Positions 41,465 to 54,962 of a stretch of DNA of 64,000 nt are shown here, one piece after another (within the stretch, counting starts at the first letter, position 1; the number at the start of each line of letters is the position of its first letter). The stretch lies in NCBI RefSeq assembly GCF_009914755.1, contig NC_060930.1. One strand, given 5' to 3'. The notes under the pieces are model-generated. The model had not been told where the DNA came from and made no database searches. It saw nothing but the letters and a program-made list of their open reading frames with translations. Source of the DNA: the human T2T-CHM13v2.0 reference genome, Homo sapiens. A program made the translations under genes and the position numbers.

Positions 41465-43583
41465 TTTCTTTTTTTAACTTCTATTTTAAATTCAGGGGTT
41501 CATGTGCAGTTTTGTTACATAGGTAAACTTGTGTCATGGGGGCTTATTGTATAGATTATTTAATCACCCAGCTATTAGGCCTAGTTCTCATTATTTATTA
41601 TTCCTGATCCTCTCCCTCCTCACACCCTCCACCTTCTGGTTGGCCCCAGTGTCAGTTGTTCCCCTCTATGTGTTCGTGTATTCTCTTCATTTAGTTTTCA
41701 CTTCTAAGTGGGACCATGTGGTATATGATTTTCTGTTCCTGCATTAGTTTGCTTAGGATAATGGCTTCCAGCTGCATCCATGTTGCTGCAAAGGATTTGC
41801 TTTTATTCTGTCTTATGGCTGTGTAGTATTCCATGGTGTATATGTGCCACATTTTATTTATCCAATCCATCACTGATAAGCACCTAAGTTGATTCTATAT
41901 ATAGGCTATTGTGAATAGTGCTGCGATGCCCATGTACATGCATATGTCATTGTTCTTCCAAAGTAGCTCAAGAACCATTTATTGAATATGGAGTCCTTTC
42001 TCCATTGCTTATTTTTGTCAGCTTTGTCAAAGATCAGATAGTTGTAGGTGTGCAATCTTCTTTCTAGGCTCTCTGTTCTGTTTCGTTGTTTTATGTTTCT
42101 GTTTTTATACCAGTACTATGCTATTTTGGTTACTGTAGCCCTGTACTATAGTTTGAAGGCAGTTTTGTTTTTTGTTTTTTTCTTAGAATTGCCTTGGCCA
42201 TTCTGGCTCTTTTTTGATTCCATATGAAATTTAATATATTTTTTTCTAGTTCTGTGAAGAATGTTATTGTTAGTTTGATAGGAATAGCATTGAATCAATA
42301 CATTGCTTTGGGCAGTATTGCCATTTAAATAATATTGATCCTTTTTTTTCCATGAGCATGGAATATGATTCCATTTTTTGTGTCATCTCTGAATTCTTTG
42401 AGCAGTGATTTGTTGTTCTCTTTGTGGAGAATTTTCACCTCCTTTGCTGTATTCTTAGGTATTTTATTCTTTTTTTAGCAATTGTGAATGAGATTGCATT
42501 CCTGGTTTGGCTCTTGGCTTGACTGTTGTTGGTCTGTAGGAATTCTAATGATTTTTGCACATTGATTTTGTATCCTGAGACTTTGTTGAAGTTGTTCATC
42601 AGCTCAAGGAGCTTTTGGGCCAAGACTATAGGCTTTTCTAGATACAGTATCATGTCTTCTGCAAACAGTAGCAGTTTTACTTATTCTCTTCCCATGTGGA
42701 TGCCCTTTATATCTTTCTCTTGCCTGATTGCCCTGGGCAGAACTTCCAATACTACATTGAATAGGAGTGGTGAGAGGGAATTCTTGTCTTGAGCCAGTTT
42801 TCAAGGGGAATGCTTTCAGCTTTTATCCATTCAGTATGATGTTGGCTATGGGTTTGTCATAGATGGCTCTTATTATTTGAGGTATGTTCCTTCAATAGCT
42901 AGTTTGTGGATAGTTTTTAACAGGAAGTGGTGTTGAATTTTATCAAAAGCATTTTCTGCATCAATTGAAATAATTGTTTGGTTTTTGTCTTCAGTTCTGT
43001 TTATGTGATGAATCACAATTACTGATTTACGTATGTTGAACCAAGCATGCATCTCAGGGATAGTCTACTGGATCATGGTGGATAGGCTTTTGAATATGTT
43101 GCTGGATTTGGTTTGCCAGTATTTTGTTGAGGAGTTTTGAATCTATGTTCATCAAGGATATTGGCCTGAACTTTTCTTTTTTGTTGTGTCTTTGCCAGGT
43201 ATTGGTATCAGTATGATGTTGGCCTCATAGGATGAGTTAAGCAGGAGTCCCTGTTTGTCTTTTTTTTTTTTTTTTTTTTGGAATAGTTTCAGTAGGAATG
43301 GTGCCAGCTTTTTTTTTTTTAACATCTGATAGGATTCATTTGTTAATTTTGTTAATTTTACTGCTCCTGAACTTTGGTTGGTTGGTAGGCTATTTATTAC
43401 TGATTCAAGTTCAGAGCTCATAATTGGTCTGTTCAGAGATTCACTTTCTTCCTGGCTCAGTCTTGGGAGGATGTATGTGTCTAGGAATTTATCCATTTCT
43501 TCTGGATTTTCTAGTTTATATGTATAGAGGTGTTCATAATATTCTCTTATGGTTATTTATATTTTTGTGGGTCAGTGATAATC
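41465..43583 (-). mobile_element. 5'-truncated L1PA13-like element with an internal deletion near 41950
   Basis: 3' end 'acataggtaaacttgtgtcatggggg'; ORF2 remnants at 41691-41873, 42435-42653 and 43152-43496. Confidence 0.82.
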
Positions 43584-43701
43584 TTTTAAATTAGATTTTT
43601 TTCCTGTCATGCTGCTGTGTTTTAAGAATTTTTTGTGCATTTTGGACACAAGTTATTTACTAGATACTTGCTTTTCAAATAACTTTTTAAACACCATGAC
43701 T

Positions 43702-46700
43702 TTTTTTTTTTTTAAAAAATAATTTCAATTTATATTTTAGATTTATGTACAGGTTTGTTACATAGGTATATTATGTGACACTATGGTTTGGCATGTGAAT
43801 GATTCCATCACCCAGGTATTGAGCATAGTACTCAATAGGTAGTTTTTTAACCCATTTCCCACTCCTCCTCTCCCACCTGTAGTAGTCTCCAGTGTCTATT
43901 TTTTCCATCTTTCAGTACATATGTACCCAATTTTTAGCCCCCATTTATAAGTGCTAATATGCAATACATGCTTTTTAATTTCTATATTAATTTGCTTAGA
44001 ATAATGGAAAACAGCTGCAAACATGTTGCTGCAAAGGACATGATTTCATTCATTTTTATGAATGGATAGCATTTCATGGTGTACATGCACCACATTTTCT
44101 TTATTCACTCTTCCACTGATGAGCATCTAGCTTGATTCCATATTTTGCTATAGTGAATAGTGCTGCAGTGAACATGTAAGTGCATCTGTCTTTTTGGTAG
44201 ACCTATTCATTTTCCTTTGTGTATATACCCAGTGATGGGATTCTTGAGTCCAATGGTGGGTTCCAGGTTCTTTGAAAAATCTCCAAACTGCTTTCAAAGT
44301 GGCTGACCTAATCTACATTCCCACCTATAGGTTTATGCAAGTGTTCCCTCTTCTCCACAGCCTCACTAATATGTGTTTTTTTTTAATTTTTAAAATAATA
44401 GTCATTCTGACTGGTGTGAGATGATATTTCATTGTGGTATTCATTTGCTTTTCTCTGAGATTTGTGATATAGAGCATTTTTTCATGTTTTTTGGCCACCT
44501 GTATATCTTCTTTTGAGAAATATCTGCTGAATTGTTTTGACCACTTTTTAAAAACGTTATTTTTCTGCTTGTCGAATTGTGTAACTTCTTATACATTCTG
44601 GATATTAGACTTTTGTTGGATGCATAGTTTGTAAATATTTTCTCCCTCTCTGCAGGTTGCCTGTTTACTCTGTTGATAGTTTCTGTTGTTGTGCAGAAGC
44701 TCTTTAATTTAATTAGGTCCCGTTTGCAACTTTTTTTTTGTTGTTGTTGCAATTAATTTTGAGGTCTTAACGATAAATTCTTTACCAAGGCCTATGTCTA
44801 TCATGGTATTTGTTACATTTTCTTCTAAAATTCTTATAGTTTAAGGTCTTACATCTAAATCTTTAATCTCTCTTGAGTTAATTTGATTATAGAGGGAAAG
44901 ACAATCATCCAGTTTCATTCTTCTGCATATGATTAGAAAGCTATCCCAGCACCATTTACTGAATAGGGAATCATTTTCCCATTCCTTACTTTTGTGGACT
45001 TTGTCAAAGATCAGATGGCTGTATGTATGTGGTTTTATTTCTGAGTTCTCTATTGTGTTCTATGTGTCTGTTTTTGTACCATACCATGCTGTTTGGGTTT
45101 CTGTAGCCTTATAATATAGTTTGAAACAGAATAATATGAGGCCTCTGGCTTTGTTCTTTTTGCTTAAGAGAGTTTTCCTTGTTGGGCTCTGTTTTAATTC
45201 TATATGAATTTTGGGATAATTTTTTCCTTATTCTGTGAAAAGTGACATTGGTAGTTTGATAGGAAATATCATTGAAACTGTATATTGTTTTGGGCAATAG
45301 GGTCATTTTAACAGTATTGATTTTTTCAATCCATGCATATAGTATGATTTGCTATTTGTTTATCTATGATTTATTTCAGCAACATATTGTAATTCTCCTT
45401 GTACAGATCTTTCACTTCTTGGTTAGATGTATTCTGAGGTATTTTATTTTATTTTTTGGTGGCTATTGTAAATGGGTTGCATTCTGGATTTGACTCCCAG
45501 CTTAAACATTATTGGTGTATAGAAATGCTACTAATTTCTTACATTGACTTTTTATACTAAAACTTTACCGAAGTCATTTATCAGTTCTAAGAGGCTTTGG
45601 CAGAGTCTTTAGGGTTTTCTAGGTAAAGAATCCTATCTTTAGTGAACAGAGATAAATTGTATTCTCATTTTCGTATTTGGGTGCCTTCATTTCTTTCTCT
45701 TGCATGATTTGTCTAGCTAGGACTTCCAGTACAATGTTGAATTGAAGGGTGAGGGTGGGCATTCTTGTCTTGTTCCTCTTCTTAAGGTGAGTACCTCCAG
45801 CTTTTCTCTGTTCAGTCTGAGGTTGGCTGTGGGTTTGTCATAGATAGCTCTTATTATTTTACTACATGTTCCTTTCATGTCTAGCTTGTTGAGGATTTTT
45901 ATCATGAAGGGATGTTTAATCTTATAAATTTTTTTCTATGTCTATTGAGATGATCATATGGTTCTTGTTTTTAATTTTGTTAATGTTGTGAATCACATTT
46001 ATTGATTCATTCAACCATCCTCTCATCCAGGAATGAAGACTACTTAATTGTGGCAAATTAACTTTTTATGTGCTGTTGAATTCAGTGTGCTAGTATTTTG
46101 TTGAAGATTTTTGTGTCTATATTTGTCAGGAATATTGGCCTGTAGGTTTTCTTTTTTTGTGATGTCTTTCCCATGTATTAGTATCAGGGTGATACTGGCT
46201 TCATAAAATAAAGTAGAAAGGAGTCTTTTCTTTATTATTTTTTGAAATAGTTTCAGTAGAATTGGTACAAGCTATTTGTATATCTGGATGAATTTGTCTG
46301 TGAATCCATCCGGTCCAGAATTTTGGGGGGTTTGTAGGTTTTTATTACTGATCAATTTCAGAATTTGATATTAATCGGTTCAGGGTTTCAATTTCTTCCT
46401 GATACAGTCTTGAGAGGTTTAGTGTTTCCTGGAATGTAACCATTGCCTCTAGATGTTCTAGCTTGGTTGCATAGAGGTGTTCATAACAGTCTGTGAGTAT
46501 ATATTCTGTGTTTCTGTGGAATCAGTTATAATGTTACTTTTTTTTCCGATGATACTTATTGAGATTGTCTCTTTTTTTTCCTGTGTTAATACAGATAGTA
46601 GTCTATTAGTTTTGTTTATCCTTTCAAACAAAAAGTTTTGGTTTCATTGAGTCTTTGTATGGATTTTTAGATCTCAGTTTTATTCAGTTCCACTCTGATT

Positions 46701-48390
46701 TTATTTATTTCCCTTCTTCTTGTAACTTTGAATTTAGTTTATTCTTGCTTTTCTAGTTCCTCTAGGTGTAATATGAAATCATAAATTTTAGATTTTTCTA
46801 ACTTTTTGAAGTAGGTGTTTGGTGCTAGAAATTTGTTTAACACTATTTTTGCTGCATCCCAGGGATTTTGGTATGTCGTGTCTCTGTTTTCATTTTTTTC
46901 AAAGAATTTTTTTAAATTTCTGTCTTGATTTCTTTGTTTACTAAAAGTCATTCAGGAGCAAGAATTTCCATGTAATTGTGTGGTTTTAAGAGATTCTTTG
47001 TGTTGATTTCTATTTTTATTCTACTGTGATCCAAGAGTGTGGCTGGTATGATTTCAAGTTTTTTGAATTTATTGTGACTTGGTTTATGGCTGAACATGTG
47101 GTTGAGCTTAGAGTATATCCTGTGTGCATACAAGAAGAATATATATTCTGTGGTTGATGGTAAAGTATTCTGTAAATGTTTATTAGTTCCCATTGGTTAA
47201 GTGTAGAATTTCAGTCCAAAATTTCTATGTTAGTTTTTTGCCTTCATTATCTGTCTAATGCTGTCAGTAGGGTGTTGAAGTCCTCCACTATTATTTTGTG
47301 GCTGTCTAAAGTTTTTGTTTTTGTTTTTACATCCATAAAAACCTGTTTTATGAATCTGTGTGCTCCAATGTTGGGTGCATATATATTTAGGATAGTTGTC
47401 CTCTTGTTAAATTGAACCCTTTATCATTATATAATGCCATTCTTTGTCTTTTTTTCTACTATCATTGGTTTAAAATCTAGTTTAAAAATAGTGACTACTT
47501 TTTTTTTTTGTATGTGTCTTCCATTTGCATGATAGATCTTTCTCTATTATTTTACTTTGAGCCTATGGGTGTTGTTGCATGTGAGATGAATCTTTTGATG
47601 AGAGAAGAGGAATGGGTCCTTTTTTTAAACAACTTAGCTTGCTACACTGTGCCTTCTAAGTGAGGTTTAGACCATTTATGTTCAAGGATAGTATTGACAT
47701 GTGTGGTTATTGTGAAGTTTTTAGCTCTTTTCTTTGTATTTTATATTGTGTGCTTGGTTCACAGGGTCTGTGAACTATGTACTTAAGTGAGGTGTGTGTG
47801 TGTGTGTGTGTGTGTGTGATCAAGTATTGTTCTTTAACATGTTTAGAACTCTCTCGTAAGGCTAATCTCATGGTAATGAATTCCCTTAGTGCTTGCTTCT
47901 CTGGAAAATATTTTCTTTCTTCTTCACTTTTGAAGCTTAGTTTGGCAGGATATGAAATTCTTGGTTGGAATTCCTTTCCTTTAATAATGGTGAAAATAAG
48001 TCCCCAGTCTCTCTTGGATTGTAAGATTTCTGCTGAGAAATCTGCTGTTAACTTGATGAGGTTCCCTTTGTATGTGATCTGACTTTTTTCTCCAACTGCT
48101 TTAAGATTTTTTTTTCTTTAGTATTGACCTTGGACAGTCTGGTGACTACATGCCTTAGTAAAATTCATTTTGCATAGTATCTTGCTGGTGTTCTCTGGAT
48201 TTCCTGTTTCTGAATGTCTATCTGACAAGGAATATTAGAAAATTTATCTTAAATTATTCCCTCAAATATGTTTTTCAGGTTCTTTTCTTTTCTCCTTCTC
48301 TCTCATGAAAGCCAACAACTCATAATGTTTGGTTGTTTTATGTAATTCCATGTTTCTTGAAGACTTCTTTCATTTTTAGAAAGTTATTAT
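43702..48390 (-). mobile_element. L1PA16/L1PB-like element (3'UTR through ORF2 into ORF1; 5'-truncated)
   Basis: 3' end 'gattccatcacccaggtattgagcatagtactcaataggtag'; collinear decayed ORF2 fragments 44441-47193; ORF1-like sequence at 47900-48350. Confidence 0.82.
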
Positions 48391-48399
48391 TTTTTATTT

Positions 48400-50230
48400 A
48401 ATAAAGATCAGTATTTTTATTTTGTTAACTATCATTGTTTTTTGTTAACTATCTTTTAAAAAGCAGATCAATTTCAATTTTAAGAAAGTATAAACTTTCT
48501 TTTTTCATAGATTGTACATTTGAAGTTTTTATCTACAAACTCATCATCAAGCACAAGGTCATGTAGACTTTCTACTGCATTTCCAGAACTTATATTATTT
48601 TGTGTTTTACATTTAGGTCTACATTCTATTTTGTGCTGTTTTTTGTGAAATATATAAAGTTTGTTTCTCGGTTCATTTTTGCATATGGATATCCAATTAT
48701 TGTACAACTGTTTATTGAAAACACTATTTTTCCCCTTTGAACTGCCTTTGCTCCTTTTTCAAATATTAGTTGACTATATCTGTATGGGTCTATTCCTGGG
48801 CTTTCGATTCTGTTACATTGGTCAATATGATCATTCTTTCACCAAAACCAAGCTGTCTTTATTACGGTAGCTTTGTAATAGTTTTGAAGTCATGCATTGT
48901 GAGTCTTCCAAAATTGTAATTCCAGGCTGGAGTGCAGTGGCATGATCATACCTCACTGTAACTTTAAACTCCTGAGTGCAAGCAATTCTCCCACTTCAGC
49001 CTCATGAGTAGCTGGGACCACATGAGTGCACCACCAAACCTTGCCAATTAAAAAAAAAAAACATATATAAAGAGGTGGGGACTCACTATGGTGCTTAAGC
49101 AGGTATCAAACTAGTGGCCTGAAGTGATTCACCTGCCTCAGCCTCCCCAAGTGCTTTTACTATTCTTGTTGATGCCTTTTCATGTAAACTTTATTATTGG
49201 TTTGCCAATATGCAAAAAAACAACTCATTGGAATTCTGATTAGAATTGCATTGGATTTATAGATCAAGTTGAAAAAATGGACATCTTAGCAATGTTGAGT
49301 GTTTCTGTCAATAAACATGAACTATGTCTTTATTTATATCTTAACTGATTTTTTATCAGAGGTTTATAGGTTTCCTCATATAGCCCTTGGATTTATCTAG
49401 CTAGATCTATAAATAAACATTTATTTTTATTTGATGCTTTTTTCTAATATATGCCTTCAGTGGTGTGACTATCATTCTGAGCACTGATGTCCATAATTCC
49501 TCAAACTTTATAAAACCATATTCTCATTTTCATTTAATTTAAAATATTTTTAATTTGTTATTGAGACATTAATTAACACAAGAACTATTTAGAAGTTTGT
49601 GATTTAATCTGTAAAAATTTGAAGTTTTCTACCTCTTCTTCTTTCATCATTTTGTAGTCTAACTCCATGTAAGTCTAAGAATATATTTTGTCTAATTTTT
49701 TAATTTGTTAAGAAGTTCTGGTGTCCTTGATTTTTGAAAATTATCAGTTATTATTACTGTATATATTTACTATTTTTATCTCTTTATGCATATATTCTAG
49801 GTTTTACAGGTGTCTCAGAATCCTTGGATATTGTTATATTTTTTTTCTTTTTTTTCTTGCATTTCAGTTTTGTGAGTCTATTGATATAATGTCAAGATTT
49901 TTGATTTTTTAAAACTATATCCACTCTACTCATGAATATGTCAAATAAATTTTTCATTTCTGTTAGAGTGTATTTTTTATTTCTAGCATTTCCTTTGGAT
50001 TTTTATAAGTTTATCTTTTTGCTTACATTGCCTATTTTTTTATGTATGCTATTTAATTTTTATATTAGGACCCTTAGCAAAATAATTATAGTTATTTTAA
50101 GTTACCATTCTGATAATCCCAAAATATTTGCCATATCTGAGATTAATCCTAATGATTTCTTGTCTCTTCAGATTTTATATTTTGCCTTTTAGTATGCCTT
50201 GTAATTTTTTGTTCATAGCCACACTTAATA
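48400..50230 (-). mobile_element. L1MC-type host, continued (fragmented)
   Basis: ORF2-like antisense sequence ('catatggatatccaattattgtacaac', 'gcattggatttatagatcaagttg'). Confidence 0.65.
48923..49155 (-). mobile_element. AluJ-type fragment, both ends truncated
   Basis: 'ccaggctggagtgcagtggcatgatcata.ctcactg...aactcctg' with J-type features. Confidence 0.8.
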
Positions 50231-50554
50231 TATTGAGTAAAATAATCTGAGTTCAAGAAAGTGTGGTGGTTCTTCCCAAGACTGTATCACTGGACTAATG
50301 CACTTTCAATCTCATTAACACTTAGCCCCTACCAATTTGTCAATCACAGTTTAAGAGCTTCTATTATTACTGCCCCAGCAATGGAATTGTACTCCTAGGA
50401 TTCTGCTTCTGGTAAGGTGTGAATCTTCATATTTTTTTGACTTTCCGATTTTCAAAGTGGCAGCATGTCCTCAATACTTCTGTGATCTAAGAAAAGTTGT
50501 GGGTTTTCAGTTTGTCCAGATATTTCTTATTTTGAAGATAGGGGTGATGACTTC

Positions 50555-51077
50555 TGTGATGGTTAATACTAAGTGCCAACTTGATTGGATTGAAGGATGC
50601 ACTATTGATCCTGGGTATGTCTTTGAGGGTGTTGCCAAAGGAGATTAACATTTGAGTCAGTGGACTGGGGAAGGCAGATCCACCCTTAATAGGGTGGGCA
50701 CCATCTAATAAGCTGCCAGCAAATATAAAGCAGGCAGAAAAACATGAAGCGATGAGATGGGCCTAACCTCCCAACCTACATCTTTCTCTCATGCTAGATG
50801 CTTCCTTCCCTCAAACATCGGACTGCAAGTTCTTCAGTTTTGGGACTCGGAGTGGCTCTCCTTGCACCTCAGCTTGCAGACAGCCTATTGTAGAACCTTG
50901 TGATTGTGTAAGCTAATACTTAATAAATTCCCATGTATATGTGTGTGTATATATATATGTACATCCCATGTATGTTATATATATAAATATATATATAAAT
51001 ATATATATATTTATATATATAACAGGATGTATATATCATGTTAGTTCTGTTTCTCTAAGAGAACTCTGACTAATTCA
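50555..51077 (+). mobile_element. MLT2A1/A2 solo LTR (ERVL)
   Basis: tgtgatggttaatact...ctgactaattca with TG...CA ends, an internal (TA)n tract and a perfect 5-bp TSD acttc (50550-50554 / 51078-51082). Confidence 0.92.
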
Positions 51078-51685
51078 ACTTCCAAGCCCTTTATATCTTA
51101 GACCAGAAATGTAAGTCCTCTTTTTTTGCTTTGTTTTGTTTTAACGTGTGGTTTTAAATTACTCTCTGGGGTCCCTTGCTTTAATCCTGAAGAATTTTCT
51201 CTAGTGTTTCTTGTAAGGAGTCTGATAACAATTAGTTCTCTCAGTTTTTGTTCAGTTGAAAATGTTTTTATTTTGCCTTCCTTTTTGAAAGATTGTTTTT
51301 CCAGATATGTGTTTCTTGGGTGACAGGTTTTTATTCATTCAGCCGTTTGAATATGTTCTCCTACTGACTTCTGTCTTCCTATTTTTTTAAATAAGAAGTT
51401 AACTGTTTATCTTCATGGAGTTTTTTTTGTACATGATTGGCTGTTTCTCTTTTGTTGCTTTTGAGAGTTTCTCTATTCTTTGACTTTTAGCATTTTTACT
51501 GTATGCTATGTCTGTGAGAATTTTTGTGTTTATCCTACTTGGATTCTGTCCAGTTACTTGAATGTGTGTAAGTGTTTCAATGAATTTCAGAAATTGAAAA
51601 ACATTATTTATTTGAATTCTTTTTTGCATCCTTTCTCTTCTTCCACTACTGTCTTTATGCATATTTTGGTATACCTAATGGTATT

Positions 51686-52069
51686 TGTATTAATCAATGT
51701 TTTCCAGAGAGAAAGAGAACCAATTGTGTGCGTGTGTGTGTGTGTGTAAATTGGCCTCGCACAGCAGGTAAGTCTCAAATCTGAAGGGCAGGATGGTAAC
51801 CCAGGAGAGTTGATATTATAGTCTCAAGCCTGAAAGCAGCTTGGAGGCAGAATTCCTTTTCCTTAGGGGACTTTAGTCTTTTGCTCATAGAGCTTTCAAA
51901 TGATTGATAAAGTTCACCAACATTATGGAGGGTAATCTGCTTTACTCGGAGTTTACTGATTTAAGTGTTAACAAATCTAAAACACATTCATGGCAAAGTC
52001 TACAACGGTGTTTGATCAGTGTCTGGGTACCACACCCTATCCAAATTGACATGAATTTACCCCATCACA
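51686..52069 (-). mobile_element. MLT2C/D-type ERVL LTR
   Basis: tgtatt...ccagagag.aagagaaccaat + (GT)n ... 'cattatggagggtaatctgctttactc' ... ccatcaca. Confidence 0.8.
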
Positions 52070-52100
52070 AAATCCCACATTTCTCTAAGATTATTTTCTT

Positions 52101-52139
<39 letters not shown>

Positions 52140-52285
52140 CTCTCTCTCTTTTTCTCTCTCTCTAACCCACTTTTTGGACTGTATAATCACTATCAATCTA
52201 TCTTCAAGTTTACTAATTTTATGTTCTGCCGTTCAAATCTGCTTTTCGTCTTGCTAGTGAAATTTCTTTTAAGTTATTATAGTTT

Positions 52286-52430
52286 CCTGTTCTTTTTCTT
52301 TCTTTTTTTCTATAGAGACAAGATCTTGCTATGTTTCCTAGGCTGGTCTCAAACTCCTGGCCTCAAGCAATCCTCCTGCCTCAGCCTTCTAATATGTTGG
52401 GATTAGCAATGTATGTCATCATGCGTGGCC
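52286..52430 (-). mobile_element. FLAM (free left Alu monomer)
   Basis: Single monomer with a T-rich tail; TSD agttattatagttt (52272-52285) / agttattgtagttt (52431-52444). Confidence 0.85.
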
Positions 52431-54149
52431 AGTTATTGTAGTTTTCAATTCAAAAACTTATGTACAGTTTATTTTATAATTTCTCTTTATTGGTATTCTC
52501 TAATTTATGTAACACTGTCATTATAACTGTCTTTACTTCTTTGATCATGTTTTGTTGTTGTTGTTTTTCCTTAAGTGTATTTAAAATAGCTACTTTGAAA
52601 TTTGAATTTGACATCTGGTCTCTTTCACTAGCTCTTTATTTTGCCTATTTGCATAACATATGTATATGTGTATGAATCACACTTCTATAATTTATTTTTG
52701 CATTTTAATACTTTTTACTGAAAACTGGAAATATTAGATATATTGTAGCCACTCAAATAACAACTATTCATCCCTCTAGTGCCTCTTACTGTTGTTTGCT
52801 TACTTATTTAATGACTGGCTGTACTATTTTAGTGAAACATATTACCTCCACAGGGTGAAGTCTTGGCATTGCTTCTTAGACTGTGCAGCCTTGGTAAACA
52901 CAAAGTCACACTTGGATGAAAGTGGTTTAATAAGGCTAATTTTGATTTTCTCTTTCCCTGAACATGTCTAACTGTTAGGGTCCACTAATTTTTAGCTAAT
53001 TCCTCTATTGTTTTCAAGATGGTCCTATGGTATAAATTGACCCACAGTTTAATTCAATTAAATCCAGAGTCCTTTGTGAGGATAGCTTTTGAGGTAAATG
53101 TTTGAGATTTTTTGTCTCACTTCAGATGGAGCCATCTCAGCTTTGTATTTTCTTATTTCTCTCTGGCAAACAAGCTGGCTAATTGTTCAGGCCTTATTTC
53201 CCATGAAGCATCAGTCTTTACTAATTTGCTTACTAACGAGAGCTCCATTGTTTTTTAATGTAACCCTTCAACTTGAACTTCTCAATACTCTGTTTCAAAT
53301 AGAGGCATTTCCTTTGGGTAAAGCTTCAGAGTTCTCTGATTTGTGGTCTGCCTCTTCCCATGGCAAATAATCTGATGTCCAGCTCTGGAGCTGATGGGCG
53401 AGACAGTAGGATGCTTCTCTCTAGGTGACACCCTTTAGGAGCAGAGTGGTAGGTCAAACTGTTCTTCCTTCATGCTTCCCCTCCATAATATTTCTGCCTT
53501 ACAAATAAATTGGGGTAAATATTATGATGCCCAATATTCTCACTATACTGTACTTGAGGTTGATCCGTGCCTTTTGAGTTGGGCTGGAAAGAAGAAAGAA
53601 GCCCCCAATCTTTTGGTTATACTCCTCTAGAATTTAACTTTTGCAATGCGAAGCTATGGAGAATAGAAAACTCTGGTGGTCTTTCCCTCCCGAGAAGGTA
53701 CGATATCTCTAGAATTAGAGCTTGAAGAAGGGAGCTCTGTGTTTTTTACTGTGCATGCCTGGAATTTCCATCTTGCCGAAGTGGAAGGGAAGATAAAGGG
53801 ATATGCTCACATTTTAAATTCCATAGATTCACTGTTTTTACCAAGTTCAAGTATGTTTTCTTGAATATCTCATTTGTTTCATTTCCTTTGAATAATTTCA
53901 GAAGAGTTTTTTTCAATGATTTTTACCAGTAATGCTTGTTTCACTGAAAAACTTGTCCATGGACCTTCTGATTGTGCCATTTCAGAAGTAAATGTCTATA
54001 TTCATATTATACTTTAAATGTACTTATTTTTCTGCCAGTTAGTATTCTCATTTAAGTCACCATACTCCATAGGACATTTAAAAATTATTCTTACTGCATC
54101 TTCATGCACCACCTTTTCTCCTTCAATCTAATTTGTAGATAATATTTAA

Positions 54150-54962
54150 AATGTGCTAATGTGGAGCAACAGGAATTCTAATTCATTATTGGTGTGTCAG
54201 CAAAACAGTACAACTACTTTACAAGACACTTTAGCAGTTTCTTATCAAATTAAACATGTTTTTACCAAATGATTCAGCATTAGCACTCATTGGTATTTAT
54301 CCAAATGAGTTGAAAACTTATTTTCCACACAAAATAAGTTTGGATAATAATGGATATTTGGATATTTATGGCAGCTTTTTTCATACCTGCTAAAATGTGG
54401 AAGGAACCAAGATGTCTTCCAGTAAATGAATAAACTACTTAATATTTTTCTGCAGTAAAAAGGAATGAGCTCTCAAGCCGTGAAAAGAGGTAGAGAGATC
54501 TTAAATGTATATTTCTAAATGAAAGAAGCCAATCTAAAAAGGCTATATGCAGTATGATTCCAACTATATGACATTCTGAAAAAGGTTAAACTATGGAGAC
54601 ATTAGAAAGATTATTTACTGCAAACACTTGGGGCAGGGAGAGATGAATGGTGTATCTCAGAGGTCTTTTACTCTATATGATACTATAATGATAGATGCAT
54701 ACTTGTCATTATACATTTGTACAAATTTATAGAAGGTACAACCCCAAGAGTGAACCCTAATGAAAACTAGGAACCTTGGTTTATTATTTTGGGTCAGTGT
54801 AGGTTCATCAGTACTAACAAATGCACCGCTGAGGGGATGATGATGATGATAGGAGAGAATATGCATGTGTAGAGGCAGGGAATATTTGGGAAATCTCTAT
54901 ACCAACTGTTTAATTTTTCTGTAAACCAAAAATGGCTCTAAAAAGTAAACTCTATTATAAAA
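54150..54962 (+). mobile_element. L1MC-type 3' end
   Basis: 'gtggagcaacaggaa', 'gaaagaagccaatctaaaaaggcta', 'acaaccccaagagtgaaccctaatg', 'gggaaatctctatacc'. Confidence 0.85.

Larger units (their letters stand above)
51140..53990 (-). mobile_element. Ancient L1M ORF1/5' region (interrupted)
   Basis: ORF1-like translation at 51399-51662; ends 'tgtgccatttcagaagt'. Confidence 0.55.

Noticed and set aside
48420-48455. 20-nt-period repeat tttgttaactatc x2 near the L1PA16 5' junction
   Set aside because: It does not flank the element, so it is not a TSD; a trivial local duplication.
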